NCBI GenBank assembly: GCA_964016885.1
Contig: OZ024743.1
Coordinates: 189,782,001 to 189,846,000, forward strand
Length of the DNA stretch: 64,000 bases
Direction of reading: 5' to 3'
DNA from: Eledone cirrhosa
Lineage: Eukaryota
The notes under the pieces were generated by a model. It worked only from the letters and a program-made list of their open reading frames with translations. It was not told where the DNA came from and did no database searches. This document shows positions 1 through 12,522 of this stretch, in pieces (position 1 is the first letter of the stretch; each line of letters starts with the position of its first letter). A program made the position numbers and the translations under genes.

Positions 1-640
1 CATTTTATTACTAATTATATCTAAATGTTTCTTCTCTCTTCATAATGTATTTTTAACTCTGATACTGGTTCAGTCTGGTTCAACTGAATTGGTCTGTCCC
101 AGTCATTCATTGAGCAACATCGGTGAAGTTGGCACCCTTAACTCACGGTTGGGTGCGGATGCATTCATGTATATATGCGTGTGTCCGCATGTATCTGTGT
201 GTTTCTAAATATATTAATAACTCCCTCTGGTCGAGCAATCTTTGAAGTGTGGGGACAACTGGAAAGCTTCCATTACTCATACTTCTCGCCTTCTTCACTA
301 CCTCTTCTACGGCCTCGATATGAATACCCCCTCCGCCTCCGTGGTATTTTCTTCGTGGTTATAAGAGGCTTAGCTCTGTTTCTCGACCGTTATATCGCGT
401 GACTATCTCCCCCTCCGCCTTTTGGGATTCTTTCTCACGTCGTGTAGACGCGGTCTTGAGACTAGTAAAATGAGGTATCCTCTTGATAAGTCGGCAGACC
501 TCGCAGGGACTCTATATCTTTGATATATTGTTTTTGTTTATGCCACGAAACTACGTAGTCGAGGAATTTAGGAGCAGTTTAGGTATGATACATTTTATTA
601 CTAATTATATCTAAATGTTTCTTCTCTCTTCATAATGTAT
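1..640 (+). mobile_element. Penelope-derived/retrozyme-like unit with partial tandem repeat
   Basis: 1-50 is identical to 591-640 (590 bp period); an HHR motif lies at 478-565 just before the second copy; ends in (TA)n. Confidence 0.55.
478..565 (+). ncRNA. Type I hammerhead-like motif (variant core UUGAUAA)
   Basis: helix I tcctc/gagga; core ttgataa; helix II gt(c)ggca...tgccac; GAAA; palindromic helix III ctacgtag; GUC site. Confidence 0.65.
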
Positions 641-705
641 ATATATATTTATATATATATATATAAATTTTATCACGTGATAAAATTTGCTTCGGACATA
701 ACACC

Positions 706-796
706 CGTGTCTGAAAGAACCCGCAGAAGTAGAATCAGCCAGATCCATACAAGGACCATGACTCGAGCTACATGCCGGTGAAACATTTGTAACACG
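706..796 (+). ncRNA. Type I hammerhead-like motif (core with 1 nt insertion)
   Basis: helix I cgtgt/acacg; ctgaaaga; helix II acccgca...tgccggt; GAAA catttg; GUA site. Confidence 0.55.
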
Positions 797-1244
797 AAAT
801 AAACTAAGTCCAGATGCATCACTGATTTTTCGTTTTCTTTATAATACATATATATATATATATATTGTTATACTTGGGAAGGGTCATATTTGTGTAATAT
901 TGCCAGAATTAATATCAGAACACACTCACTGTTTGGTTGGTTTTCGCTTTTCGCTTCTGTGTCTTTTATATCGGTAATCTAATTTATTCGGTCCTCAATG
1001 TTGCCATTGACTGACCAACGGTCAAAAATAATACAGATACAATATCGACACAAACACATATATATAGTTTATCAAAGTTCTTTCGTTGCACATCTGCAAC
1101 ATCGTCAGTGGTGCTATTGTTTCCTCTCGTTACATTGTATCTCTACGCCATCTTTATTTAGTCTGTTTATATATTTAAGTATAACAATATTTGTTTCGAC
1201 ACACGATTTCATATAAAAAACCTCGCAAAACTAATTCATCGCCG

Positions 1245-1362
<118 letters not shown>

Positions 1363-1363
1363 A

Positions 1364-1600
1364 TCATCATCATCATCATCTTCGTTTAGCGTCCATCTTC
1401 CACGCAAGCATGGGTTAGACGGCAGTTGTCCCACTTGAGGCAAGGTAGGTCGAGTGACCATGTCTCGCTCATATAGGACTATCTGGCAGATTTTCTACGG
1501 CTGGATGCTCTTCCTAACACCAACCACATTTACAGTGTGGAACTGGCAACTTTTTACCGTGTTACCTACACGGCCACATTACAGCGTGGACTATGTGTTT
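1364..1600 (-). mobile_element. RTE LINE 3' tail fragment
   Basis: (CAT)n tail and the ggatgc.cttcctaacaccaaccacatttacagtg motif shared with the 3' UTR of the RTE at 14797-15300. Confidence 0.8.
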
Positions 1601-1645
1601 TTTTTATTTCTTTTTTTTTATATGTATAATATATATTTATAATAT

Positions 1646-1677
<32 letters not shown>

Positions 1678-1884
1678 GTATTAATTATACTATTTATGGT
1701 TATGTAAATACAAAAACCTTTTGCAGTTATATGTATTTTTTTATACAAACCTAAATAGTGGTAGGCAGTAATATATTACTAACTTATTACCAGTAAGTTA
1801 AGTAGCTCAATGTAAAAACATGAGATGATTTACAGAGCAGTTATATGAAATATAAGAATCAAAGAACTGTTCAAAACATTTTTG

Positions 1885-1931
1885 TGCTTACAGCTGTTTC
1901 CTCCAAACCGAGGTTTGGATTCTTCGGAGCA
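1885..1931 (-). ncRNA. Type I hammerhead ribozyme, left arm
   Basis: reverse complement of 3378-3424. Confidence 0.75.
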
Positions 1932-3377
1932 ATTTATTAATGAATGGACAGTTATATGACCTCCTTTTCAGCCAAGAGACATACAGATACATATGCAAAT
2001 ATTGTGGGTCAACATTCATTACAGCATTTAGAGTGGCAGTACACACTTCAAGATTACATTCATATTAAAAGGTACAATCAAGAATCAAAAATACAGGTTA
2101 AAATACAACATGAAAATAAGCGGTTATATAGTGCAAATGTTATATGTGTGGCAAGCACGTGCGTCTTGTTTATATAGTGTGGCAGAGAGTTACGTGTAGT
2201 AGGAGCACTTAGGTAGGTAACAAGAGTGTTAGGTTGGTTGATCTGGTGACAAATTCTTTATATGATTGTTATAGTCTGTGTGTGGAGAAATGATATAAGC
2301 ATTAAAAATAGTGCAAGCATTAAAAATATTAAAAGTATTGGAAATGCACAGCGAAAGGATGACAAGGACTTCATGTACTTCGACATTTTCATGGTCAGGG
2401 GAGTGTATTTTTCAGATTATATGCCCCTCACATAATCTACGACAATTCGATATTGAGCGTTTGACAATCCAGTTAGAGAATCGTAGTCTGATGTTCTTTA
2501 GTTCAATACAGGAGGTTGTTACGTTTCGAGAATCGACATTGAATACTACCCGGAAGTGTGTGTGTGGCTAAAGGGAGTTAATGCATGAGGGGAGGTAACT
2601 CCGGGGTTTCTATTCCTGGCTATTGAAATGTGTCTCAATATAGACCCTAATTTCTATGGTTATGCGCAACTTCCAAAACACTTTATACTTTAGAAATTTT
2701 TTGGAAGTTGCCCATAACCATAGAATTTAGGGTCTATATTGAGCCACACACACACTTCCGGGTAGTATTCAATGTCGATTCTCGAAACGTAAAAACCTCT
2801 TGTATTGAACTAAAGAACATCAGACTACGATTCTCTAACTGGATTGTCAAACGCTCAATATCGAATTGTCGTGGATTATGTGAGGGGCATATAATCTGAA
2901 AAATACACTCCCCTGACCATGAAAATGTCGAAGTACATGAAGTCCTTGTCATCCCTTCGCTGTGCATTTCCAATACTTTTAATATTTTTAATGCTTGCAC
3001 TATTTTTAATGCTTATATCATTTCTCCACACACAGACTATAACAATCATATAAAGAATTTGCCACCAGATCAACCAACCTAACACTCTTGTTTACCTACC
3101 TAAGTGCTCCTACTACACGTAACTCTCTGCCACACTATATAAACAAGACGCACGTGCTTGCCACACATATAACATTTGCACTATATAACCGCTTATTTTC
3201 ATGTATTTTAACCTGTATTTTTGATTCTTGATTGTACCTTTTAATATGAATGTAATCTCGAAGTGTGTACTGCCACTCTAAATGCTGTAATGAATGTTGA
3301 CCCACAATATTTGCATATGTATCTGTATGTCTCTTGGCTGAAAAGGAGGTCATATAACTGTCCATTCATTAATAAAT

Positions 3378-3424
3378 TGCTCCGAAGAATCCAAACCTCG
3401 GTTTGGAGGAAACAGCTGTAAGCA
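3378..3424 (+). ncRNA. Type I hammerhead ribozyme, right arm
   Basis: tgct|ccgaaga|a tccaaac-ctcg-gtttgga g|gaaa|cagctg|ta|agca; palindromic helix III, GUA site, U4C core variant. Confidence 0.75.
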
Positions 3425-3544
3425 CAAAAATGTTTTGAACAGTTCTTTGATTCTTATATTTCATATATATATATATATAATATATATATATATAAAATAT
3501 ATATATATAAAATATATATATATATAATATATATATATATTATA

Positions 3545-3815
3545 TTAGCTTGGAAATGTCACTACGAGAGGCTACTAAATGAGGAGAATAATTGGGAAAA
3601 AGAAGTCTGCCCCAAATCGATCCAATAGAGGGACCAGCAGTGCAAGTTGAAGGTAGTATAATAAGTAAGGCAATCAAAGATATGAAGACAGGCAAAGTAG
3701 CTGGGCCTTTGGAGAAATGCTGAAAGCATCTGGGTCGGTGGGACACACTATGGTCTCCCGGATAGTAAACCAAGTCATACAGAATGGGGTCATACCAAAT
3801 GACTGGCGTAGCACA
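3545..3815 (+). mobile_element. Internal RTE fragment
   Basis: translates to LPQIDPIEGPAV...KAIKDMKTGK...MLKASGSVGHTMV, matching the RTE ORF at 16740-18323. Confidence 0.85.
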
Positions 3816-4232
3816 TTTGAACATTACAGAAACAATTGTCACACTACATCCACCATAAACTCATAATTTTAATACACAAACACCTTTGCCTGCTTAATAT
3901 GCTTGTATACCTATGTTATTTTATGTGATACCTTTGCCATACAGGAATTATATATGCCTAGTACCATTGCTTGTTTCATACCTAACTGTCCCGTATATGC
4001 CTAACACATTTGCACTCTCTATACTGCTTTAATTATCATACCATTCTCTTGTAATCTCTGTCACATGCATTCCACTCTGTGCCTCTTTAATTATTATACA
4101 ATTCTCTAGTAATCTCTGTCACCTCCATTCCATTCTGTAAATATGAAACTCTTGATGACAACATTAATATCCATGTATCTATATGATTGTTCAGTTGAAT
4201 AGGAAGTTAATTATATGTCCAAACTTTGCTAG

Positions 4233-4279
4233 TGTTCCGAGGATTTCAAATGAAAGTTTGGAAGAAACGATTGTCAGCA
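4233..4279 (+). ncRNA. Type I hammerhead motif, same PLE family as 3378
   Basis: tgtt|ccgagga|tttcaaat-gaaa-gtttggaa|gaaa|cgattg|tc|agca, followed by the same aaaatgttttgaaca downstream sequence. Confidence 0.65.
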
Positions 4280-4341
4280 ATAAAATGTTTTGAACATAGT
4301 TTTAATTATTGTGTAATTTATATAAATTTATATATATATAT

Positions 4342-4393
<52 letters not shown>

Positions 4394-4401
4394 TTATATA
4401 C

Positions 4402-4441
<40 letters not shown>

Positions 4442-4989
4442 AAAAGCTAATCATAAATAACAACACAAACGGTACAGTATATGGAAGGAATATATTAGTT
4501 TAATGCTTGAAATAGCAGAAAGAGGTCCTTAACGTTTTGGACGCTAGTCCTTTATCAGGAGAAAAATGAGAAATTAGAAAGATGATTGAAAGGATGGGCA
4601 GGGAGTAATTGTGAAAAATATTTTTTAGAAAAAATGTACAGGTCCATTCATGATGGTGTTATATATATATATATGTGAAGGTGCATGGTTAAGTGGTTGA
4701 AGTGTTGGGCTTATAATCACAACAATCTGTGAGTTTGATTATCAGATTCGGCTGTGTGTTGTGTCCATGAGTAAGAGGAATCAGAAGCAGGAATCGAACC
4801 AACAACATTATGATCCTCCATCAAACATCCTAACCATTAGGCCATGCACCTTTAGTGCTGAATGCTAAATTATCAATTATGTAAATCGCAATGTCTTGCC
4901 AAATTTCATCTAAACAAAATATCGTGAAAATTGGCAATAAAAAACAAATGATTAACAAATAAATATAAAAAAGTAAAATGGAGGGAGAT

Positions 4990-5230
4990 CTCATGTTTGG
5001 TCTGAGGGACAAAGATTTCATTAATTCTCTTCTGTTTAAAATGTTATATCTCTCCAATAAGTTTTTCTCTACCTAATCTGGATGAGGAATACTATACAGA
5101 TCTCCAATGAGATATTATTGTTTCTCTATCAATAGGACTTGTTTATTTCCAAGCCATTTATTTATTTACATCGATTTGAATGTGGAACTGCTTGATGTTT
5201 TATGACAGAGTTCTTAGAACATTAGATAGA
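4990..5230 (-). mobile_element. Degenerate Penelope endonuclease C-terminus
   Basis: minus-strand YNILNRRELMKS resembles DILLNKRQELIISC at the end of the 23164-23688 ORF. Confidence 0.4.
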
Positions 5231-6289
5231 ATGCTTTATGGTATTCATTCTGGTTCTCTGCACTCTGAGCTTAAAACCTGCTAAAGTCAACTTTGTCTTT
5301 CATCCTTTTGAGGGCAATAAAAAAGTATCAGTCCAGTACTGGGATCGATTCTCCTTTAATTCTCTTTTTCACTTCCTCTCTATCACTCTTTCTCTCCTTC
5401 TTTGGGAGAAATTTGCTAAAAGGGGTAGGCACCGTCAGGTTTAAAATGACTAAGACATGCTGTATGTCATGTTGGTGCTCCTACAACTCCATCACGAGTA
5501 CAGATCCATCCAACACACATTAGTGAGAATGCCAGGTGGAAGTGAGAAAGAGAGAACTATGACAAAAATACGGAGTGGGACAAAAATAGTGAAAAAGACT
5601 AGGATGTTAAAGGAAGGTAGTTGATATAATCTAATGAAAAACTATGAGGTACTGAGAGAGAACAGGTGACAAGGTGATGAGGAGAAAGAAGGATAGAATA
5701 TAAGAAAGGATGGAGAGATGATGAAAGAATAAAGTAATAGAGAAGACATGAATAGGAGGCAAGAAGAAGTGATGTATGATGAAAACAAGAAGTTAAGTGG
5801 AAATAGGAGAAAATGAGAAGAGAAAAGAAAGTAGAAGAATGTTGAGATAGGTATGCAATATTAACTAGAGAATGGAAGGTCAGCAATGTCAAGATATAAG
5901 GACACTCATAAATGTATAATATTACTAATAAAATATAAGTATATGTTATATTGGTACAGGGAGGGAACTTAGTGGGCAGATAACTGAAATTAAACTTGAT
6001 ATAGGTAGACATACATCTGAGTTGGCTAGAGATCATGATGATGATGATGAATGTAAACATAAAATATATAAACTACATAAGTAACCACACTTTAATAAGA
6101 AAAGTGATAAAATTAGTAATAAAAAATAATCACAATGTTGACAATAAAACATAAAAATAATAAAGTGAAAGGATATCAGCCAGAGCAACAATAAATTTGG
6201 ATTTAAAACACATAAATGCCTACTGTTGAATAGGATTCTAGAACACTCTGAGAATGATCACTTTGATCTAATAAAAAAAAAACAACATA

Positions 6290-7080
6290 AAATCTATACA
6301 AATAACTTTCTAATAGGACTTACACAGCAAAATGAAGGATGTGAGAAAGTTAAGCTCAATGTATGTCCACTCTGACAAGATCAGGAATTTATATGAAATT
6401 TATATTGCTACTTAAAACCACTTTACTTCAAATTATCTCACCAGCACATAGAAGAAATCCACATAGATCACACTAAAAATTATTAATATCCATTGGCATA
6501 GAATTACGTATCAAGTGAATTCAAACAATACAACAAAATTGCTTAATCCTGGGCAGCAATATTTCAATTTTAATGAGCATAAAAATAATTTTAACAGCAA
6601 TTCCTCAAACAGAATTATTAACCCTACCAAATAAAACATAGGCATTACCAAGCAAAATACTTTACATAAATTTCTACCTAAGCTTAAGGATGTGTCTTAC
6701 TTTACATTGGAATAATACACTACCAGTCATTAGTCAGTTCAGATCATTTCTCAATAAGATAAATATAATTTCATGTTCCTGCAATTTGATATAGAGGGTT
6801 ATTACATATCGATCAATCAGTTACTTATAATTAGAGAACTAAAATATGCTAGAACCAATAATTACATAAGTGGAAATTAAAAGGATATTATCTTGCAAAT
6901 CAGGAAGCCCCTATGTTCTATAACAACTCCATTTTAATGTAAAAAAAAGTCTCTTCAAATGTTCCATTGGATATTAGCATAGGATGCTGCAGAAGATAGC
7001 TACTTCATTGGATCATTTCTGCATTCCAATCAAAAATGCAATTTTTCCTTCTTTGAGAGTGATTAATATGAGAATTGTGA
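6290..7080 (+). pseudogene. Degenerate Naiad/Penelope RT
   Basis: VHSDKIRNLY (~6365) and LQFDIEGYYISI (~6780) match VHSDKTGNLY and LQFDIDNYYYSIS of the 21239 ORF; many stops. Confidence 0.75.
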
Positions 7081-7429
7081 CATTTTACTTCTCAGAACAT
7101 ACAGACAGGTGTGCCAACTGCCACATTTTACTTCCCAGAACATAGGTACAGCTGTGCCAACTTCCTTATTATGGTAAGAATTGTACTAATCTATGTCCAT
7201 TTTCTTATTTCTTATAATTAGATATTCTCTGATAGAGTTTAATTCAAGTAACAATTTTTTAAAACCACTGTGTTTTAAAGTTTTATTCTAATATGTGTAA
7301 TGTTTTATTTTTAAATATTTACTTGTTTGTGGATAATGTAGTTCAACTCAAGCATTTAATGAGGGAGTTGGACTCTACCAAGGATGCGTATCGTGACCCC
7401 CTCTTTATTATTTTCATGAACAGGACTGA

Positions 7430-7780
7430 CATGTGAAGATAGGTTGGAAGTGGTATTACAACTGACAAGTGTAGGATCAGTCAACTGGAACTTGCAGACA
7501 ACATGGTATTACTTAACTCTTCAGAAGGTGATCTCCGACATGTACTATATAGATTTGATGCTGTGTGCTGCATGGCTGGAAAGAAAATCAGTGCTGCAAA
7601 GATTGGGACGCTTGTCCTCTTAAGCAGTAGGAGAAGTTCAAGTATCTTGGGGTGAGTGATTGAAGGCAATCGGCTGAATTAAGTGCAAGAATTGCAGAAG
7701 CTGGTGCAGTAATGTGCCAGCTTCAGCATTCAGTAATCAAATGCCAAACTCACTATCTTCAATTCGGTATTCTTGCCAAT
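7430..7780 (+). mobile_element. Old RTE-clade RT remnant
   Basis: decayed ...EKFKYLG...ARIAEAGAVM pattern; related remnant at ~57270-57790. Confidence 0.5.
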
Positions 7781-7866
7781 ATATATATATATATATATGG
7801 AAAAATGAAACAAAATTTCATTTCTCACTCTTAGTACGGCTGTTACTTAAATATAAGTATGTATAT

Positions 7867-8200
7867 GGAGCCACATGGCTTAGTGGTTAGAGTATTGGCC
7901 TTGCAATCGAAAGGTTGTGAGTTCAATTCTCAGACCGGGTGATGTGTTGTTTCCTTGAGCAAGGCACTTTATTTCACATTGCTCCAGTTTACTCAGCTGT
8001 AAAAATGAGATGATAGGGACTGGGGTCCCTATCATTCCACTGCAAAGTGGACGTGTAGGTGCCACGGCAAAAAAACATCCATCACTCACTGTAAATGAGG
8101 TTGGTGTTAGGAAGGGCATCCAGCTGTAGAAATCAAGCCAGAATCAGTTCCCGTCCCACCCTTGCAAGCAGGGAAAGTGGACGTAAAATGAAATGATGAT
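7867..8200 (+). mobile_element. tRNA-derived SINE with RTE-derived 3' tail (family 1)
   Basis: A box tggcttagtgg, B box gagttcaattc, central ccttgagcaaggcacttt, tail shared with RTE 3' UTR, ends in a tga/aaatg repeat. Confidence 0.85.
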
Positions 8201-8644
8201 ACGTACATACATATATGTATACAGACGTACAGTAGTATGTATATATAAACAAACTGAGCATTATAATAAATGTTCGGTGAATCCATACATACATATATAT
8301 ATGTGTGCATGTATCTATATGTATACATACTACTGTAATATACCGTTAATATGCATAAGGAAAGTATATACTTTCAGACGTTCAATCATCTGGCAGGAAG
8401 GTATACAGTGCTGACAATAGCTAATAAGCTTGAAACTAGTATATCGTTCCTTTGTCAGTTTTGAACAAAAGGACAACGATGGTTGCTAAACACTGTACGG
8501 CTTAATTCGGGATGTTTGCTTACAAACCAAACCGAGCCTTATAATAAATGTTCGGTGAATCCATACGTACATATATATATGTGTGCATGTATGTATATAT
8601 ATACATACTACTGTACGTCTGTATACATATATGTATGTACGTAT
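8199..8644 (+). mobile_element. Small non-autonomous PLE-like element with inverted ends and internal direct repeat
   Basis: 8199-8247 is the reverse complement of 8596-8644; ~85 bp direct repeat at 8251-8336 and 8528-8613; HHR at 8408-8444. Confidence 0.65.
8408..8444 (+). ncRNA. Minimal hammerhead motif (CUGACAA variant)
   Basis: gtg|ctgacaa|t agct-aata-agct t|gaaa|ctag|ta|tat; helix I is weak. Confidence 0.55.
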
Positions 8645-8648
8645 ACAT

Positions 8649-8685
<37 letters not shown>

Positions 8686-9639
8686 GCATGTAAGTCCATG
8701 TTTATGGTTATGTTTATGATTATACCTGTGCCAGTGTTTATGTTTCATACGTTCGTGGCTCAACAAAAAATCGATCACTAAAATAAGTCTCAAATTTGAA
8801 AAATACGGTGTGTACTGGAATCATACTCCAACATGACTGCAATCTAATGACTGAAATCAGTAAAAGAATGAAAGTATTTTAATTACTTTAAAGAATTAAA
8901 ATAATTTCAATTAATTTTATATGTGCATATATCATTGACACAACTTTACAAAATATACTATAGACATCCTATTATTTCCTATATCTTAATAGCTCTGTAG
9001 TTGATCACTGAATTTGTGTTTAATACCCCACCCACCTATCCACTGCTACCAGACTCCTCTGTTATTTTTCTTTCACTTCTCTTCACCTCTCTTATTCACA
9101 TCTATTTTCTCATTTTCATCCTCCAATTCCCATTGTTCTTCTGATTCATTATTATTCATCTGTTCTCTAGTAGATTATTTTTTTTTTCTTCACACATCTT
9201 TATGGACTCCTTGTCTAATCTCTTTCATCTGTTCTTTCTTAGTATCTCACACATTATTTTTACATACATCCCACCTTCCTTCTTTTTTACTCTCACCTGT
9301 ACCCTGCATTTCCTTAAAGGGTTTTCTTCTCTTTCATTTCCACCTTATTTATATTTTACATTGTTTTAGCAAATATTTTCCCTCATTTGCTTCCTCTCTT
9401 TTCCTTCTCATTTCTTTAAGGTTTTCTTTCTTTTATTTTCCTTTCTATTTCGGCTGTTTTTGATTGATACTTCAAACTGTATTCTGTAGATATAGATGGT
9501 TAGTAAGACCAGTTAAATTCCTTTGAAGAAAGACTTGAAAGTTAAAACATATTGGTCATATGAGAAATGATGAATTAAATACACTTTTATTAATTGTGAA
9601 TTACTAAAATAACTTGTCTGTTGTGGATGTAGGAGTTGA

Positions 9640-10560
9640 ATGAGTCACCTGCATATTCAGTTAGGTAATAAATATAGGATGGTATCATACCCAATAATTG
9701 ATGCAGCAGTATAATCATTAATTGTTACAAGGAAAAAAAGTGATGCTCTAAAATTGAACATGAAACAGATGAATCAAGTTATGAAAGACACGGAAATATT
9801 ATTAGTATAACTAATTAGAGAAAGAATCAAATTAGATGATATGTAATTTTTTGTGCAAGGAAAGAGCATGACATTTGCCCTCTTCTTAATGACAAAACTA
9901 CAAGAGAAATGCCTGGTTAAGTGTAAGCTGCTTTATTTAGAGTTTGTAGATCTAGAAAAATCCTTAGCGGAGTGCCAGGATATATTTTCTTCACATTTGT
10001 AAAGGAAACTGGGAGTAGACAAGTGGCTTGTGAGTTCAAGCCATATACAGAGATGCTGTCAGTAAAATGGGAGTAGGTAATGGATTTAGTGAGGAATTCA
10101 ATTGTTGTTCATCATTATTCATCTTCAGCCCCTTCTGTTTATTATAGTTCTCCACACCATAATAGAGGAGTTTAAGACTGGGTATCCATGGAAAATTTTA
10201 TATGCTGGTGACATGATTCTTATAGCTGGATGTGTGGAAGAGCTTGAAAAGAAATTCCTGCTGTGGAAACAGAATTTAGAATAAAACATAGCCAACGACA
10301 AAGGTTTAGTAAGAAAGATGAAACAATTCTGATTCCATCAAGGAAGTAGCCATTGTTGATATATAGAAAAGGAGTAGGGAGGAACTCTGGAATAAAAGGT
10401 ATTCTGTAATTTCTAAGAAATGTAATGTTACATGACAATCACACTGAACATTCTGAATATTTAAGTAGAAGAATGCAGAAACTGGATAGAAATTAGTCAA
10501 GTATTATCTATTGAATGTGTAACATTAATTTGCATGAAATTAGGGTAGAAGTGAGCTGAG
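9640..10560 (+). pseudogene. Degenerate RTE RT fragment
   Basis: EEFKTGYPWKILYAGDMILIA...ELEKKF is homologous to EEFKTGCPWELLYADDL of the 15304 ORF. Confidence 0.8.
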
Positions 10561-11479
10561 AGGTGTTTTAGAAATTACCATTTTTGGCACCAACCTATCT
10601 TAAACCACTTCTGGCTTTATTATACAAAGTTGCCCATTTCAAATTCTGTATCTAAATTAAAACATTCCATCATAATTTTATGTAGGAACATTTTATTAAG
10701 CAACTTTCCAAAAAAGCTGCTTATTAATGAAAAATGAGTTATTTTTCGAAATCCTTCCAAGTCGTTGATTGTTTTTAAAATTAATTAAAACAGTGGGTAT
10801 TTTATTAGAAATATTGTCATGAAAAGGTTAAAGGCATTGAATGAAATATGCACATGTGATGGTTATTCTGATATGAACATGTAATATTAATTCAGAATGA
10901 ATGTTCAAAGGAAAATTATTGTATGCTGTCAGTAGAGGACACCTTTAGCAGTGTAAGGCCAAGAAAAATACAGAAAGAAGTATCAAATTCAGGTCTCAGA
11001 ATACTGGGCCTCACATATATCATCATCATTGTCTTTATATCAACAAATCTATGCTGGCATAAGTTGTACAGCAACTTTTGAGGCAATGTTTTACAGCTCT
11101 TATCTCAACAAATTATTTTTGCTATGACTGTTAAGAAACTCACAAGAAAGCTGGACAGCAGAAGTCTTCAGAGAAGAAATCCCCTTCATGTGAGTGTTTC
11201 AGCCTAGTGAGGCTCAGATTGACATTCAAATGTATGCCAAATTTGTTACTTCAATACCCAGATAAAGTTAAAAGATAGTTGATTGAAATAAGTGTTGTGA
11301 GTTTTATACATACAAATGAGGTTGTTGTCAATGTTGTAGATGGAGGTGGTGGTAAAATTATCTAAGTGGAGGAGAGGTAGGTCTACTGTATTACAGGAAA
11401 CTACTACTTGCAGCTTATATATAACAGTGATATTAAATAAAGATGTGTCTCTGTGTAAGTGTGTGTCTGTGAAACATAT

Positions 11480-11600
11480 ACATATACACCATGTCCAAAC
11501 ACAAAGGAACCAAACTCCCACTGTCACTGCCTCTGTCTGTCCTGCTCTCCCCATCTCTTGCTATTATGAGCAGATGGAGGCCCACGTGCTGGCTGCCCCA
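11480..11600 (-). mobile_element. 3' end of CRE-like retrotransposon
   Basis: reverse complement of 52505-52620, which follows an RLE C-terminal motif. Confidence 0.6.
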
Positions 11601-11977
11601 CAGTCTCACCAGACTGGCTGCCACCAGCCCTGGTGGACTGAATAGAGAAGGTGTTTCCCCAGTGGATGGTAGGGAGACATGCTGGAAGAGCCTTTCTAGT
11701 TTCCGAGGAGGTGATAACAAAGAGGCAAAATTGTGGTTGTTATTTTTACTTATATTATTAATGGAGGTGTTGATAATGTGGGTAAAATGTTTGTCATGTA
11801 TAGCTGCTGCTCTTCAATCAAATTAGTCAATCAAATAAATTAATCAGCTGATTTTATCCATTTTTTTAAAAAGAAAACCCTATTATGAAATATCATTCCA
11901 ATAACTGTAAATTCCTAGTAACACTATTGAATGAAATAAATTCTTGGTGATAAATTAGAAATAAACTGTTTTCTCAG

Positions 11978-12035
11978 ATACAGAAGGAAGAAAAACTGAC
12001 ACCATATTGAATCATTGTGCTAGGGAACTCAAAAG
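11978..12035 (+). other. Candidate host micro-exon (58 nt)
   Basis: tgttttctcAG acceptor, AG|GTATGT donor, open frame TEGRKTDTILNHCARELK, non-repetitive context. Confidence 0.3.
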
Positions 12036-12522
12036 GTATGTTGTACTTTATTGACAGAAAACATAAATTGATTAATTTTAGGAATGTAATTATGCTTTAA
12101 AAATCCTATCTATAACACAAATGCAACTGCTTCAGACATTTTGAATATTTCAATATTTTTCAAAAGATTTTTGATGTTTATCAAAATATGAAATGCTTGA
12201 GGCACAAAAGTTTCTTGAATATTGATGTAAGTTCAAACCTTACTAAAACAGTCATTAGGCTGTATCTCTAGGCAAGTTACATAGACTTAAATATAAATTA
12301 TAAAACTATTTATTGAAAAGCTTAATAACTTCAAGTATTCAATAGAGAAATCAATATCCTATTTATACAGCATTCAACATTTGATGCAATAAACAAATCT
12401 TGTCATAAATATTCTTATTAAAGACAAAGGGTAGTTATTGATAAAAATATCTAAGAAGTCCATCCAAATATGAATAACAATCTATCTGTCTATCTCTCTC
12501 TCTTGTTCTTTCTATATATATG

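Larger units (their letters stand above)
1676..3467. mobile_element. Fold-back palindromic non-autonomous PLE (inverted pseudo-LTRs)
   Basis: arms 1842-2678 and 2699-3467 are near-identical reverse complements with a 20 nt loop and a 66 nt left-arm bulge (2570-2635); unmirrored tail 1676-1841; HHR in each arm; (TA)n flanks. Confidence 0.85.

Noticed and set aside
1944-3365. Mirror-image ORF pairs (77/76 aa and 86/88 aa)
   Set aside because: A by-product of the inverted repeat; no recognisable domain, and one arm has a stop where the other is open
4526-4560. Minus-strand HHR-like tcctgataaaggactagcgtccaaaacgttaagga
   Set aside because: GAAA is mutated to AAAA and helix I overlaps the core; probably a dead PLE motif, not counted
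5599-6060. 153 aa hydrophobic ORF, and the similar 9014-9463 ORF
   Set aside because: Purine/pyrimidine strand-biased low-complexity DNA that is stop-poor by composition
7867-7950. tRNA-like sequences at SINE heads
   Set aside because: A/B boxes run into SINE bodies and no full cloverleaf is evident
9518-9556. HHR-like cctttgaagaaagact...agttaaaacatattgg
   Set aside because: Too degenerate to support
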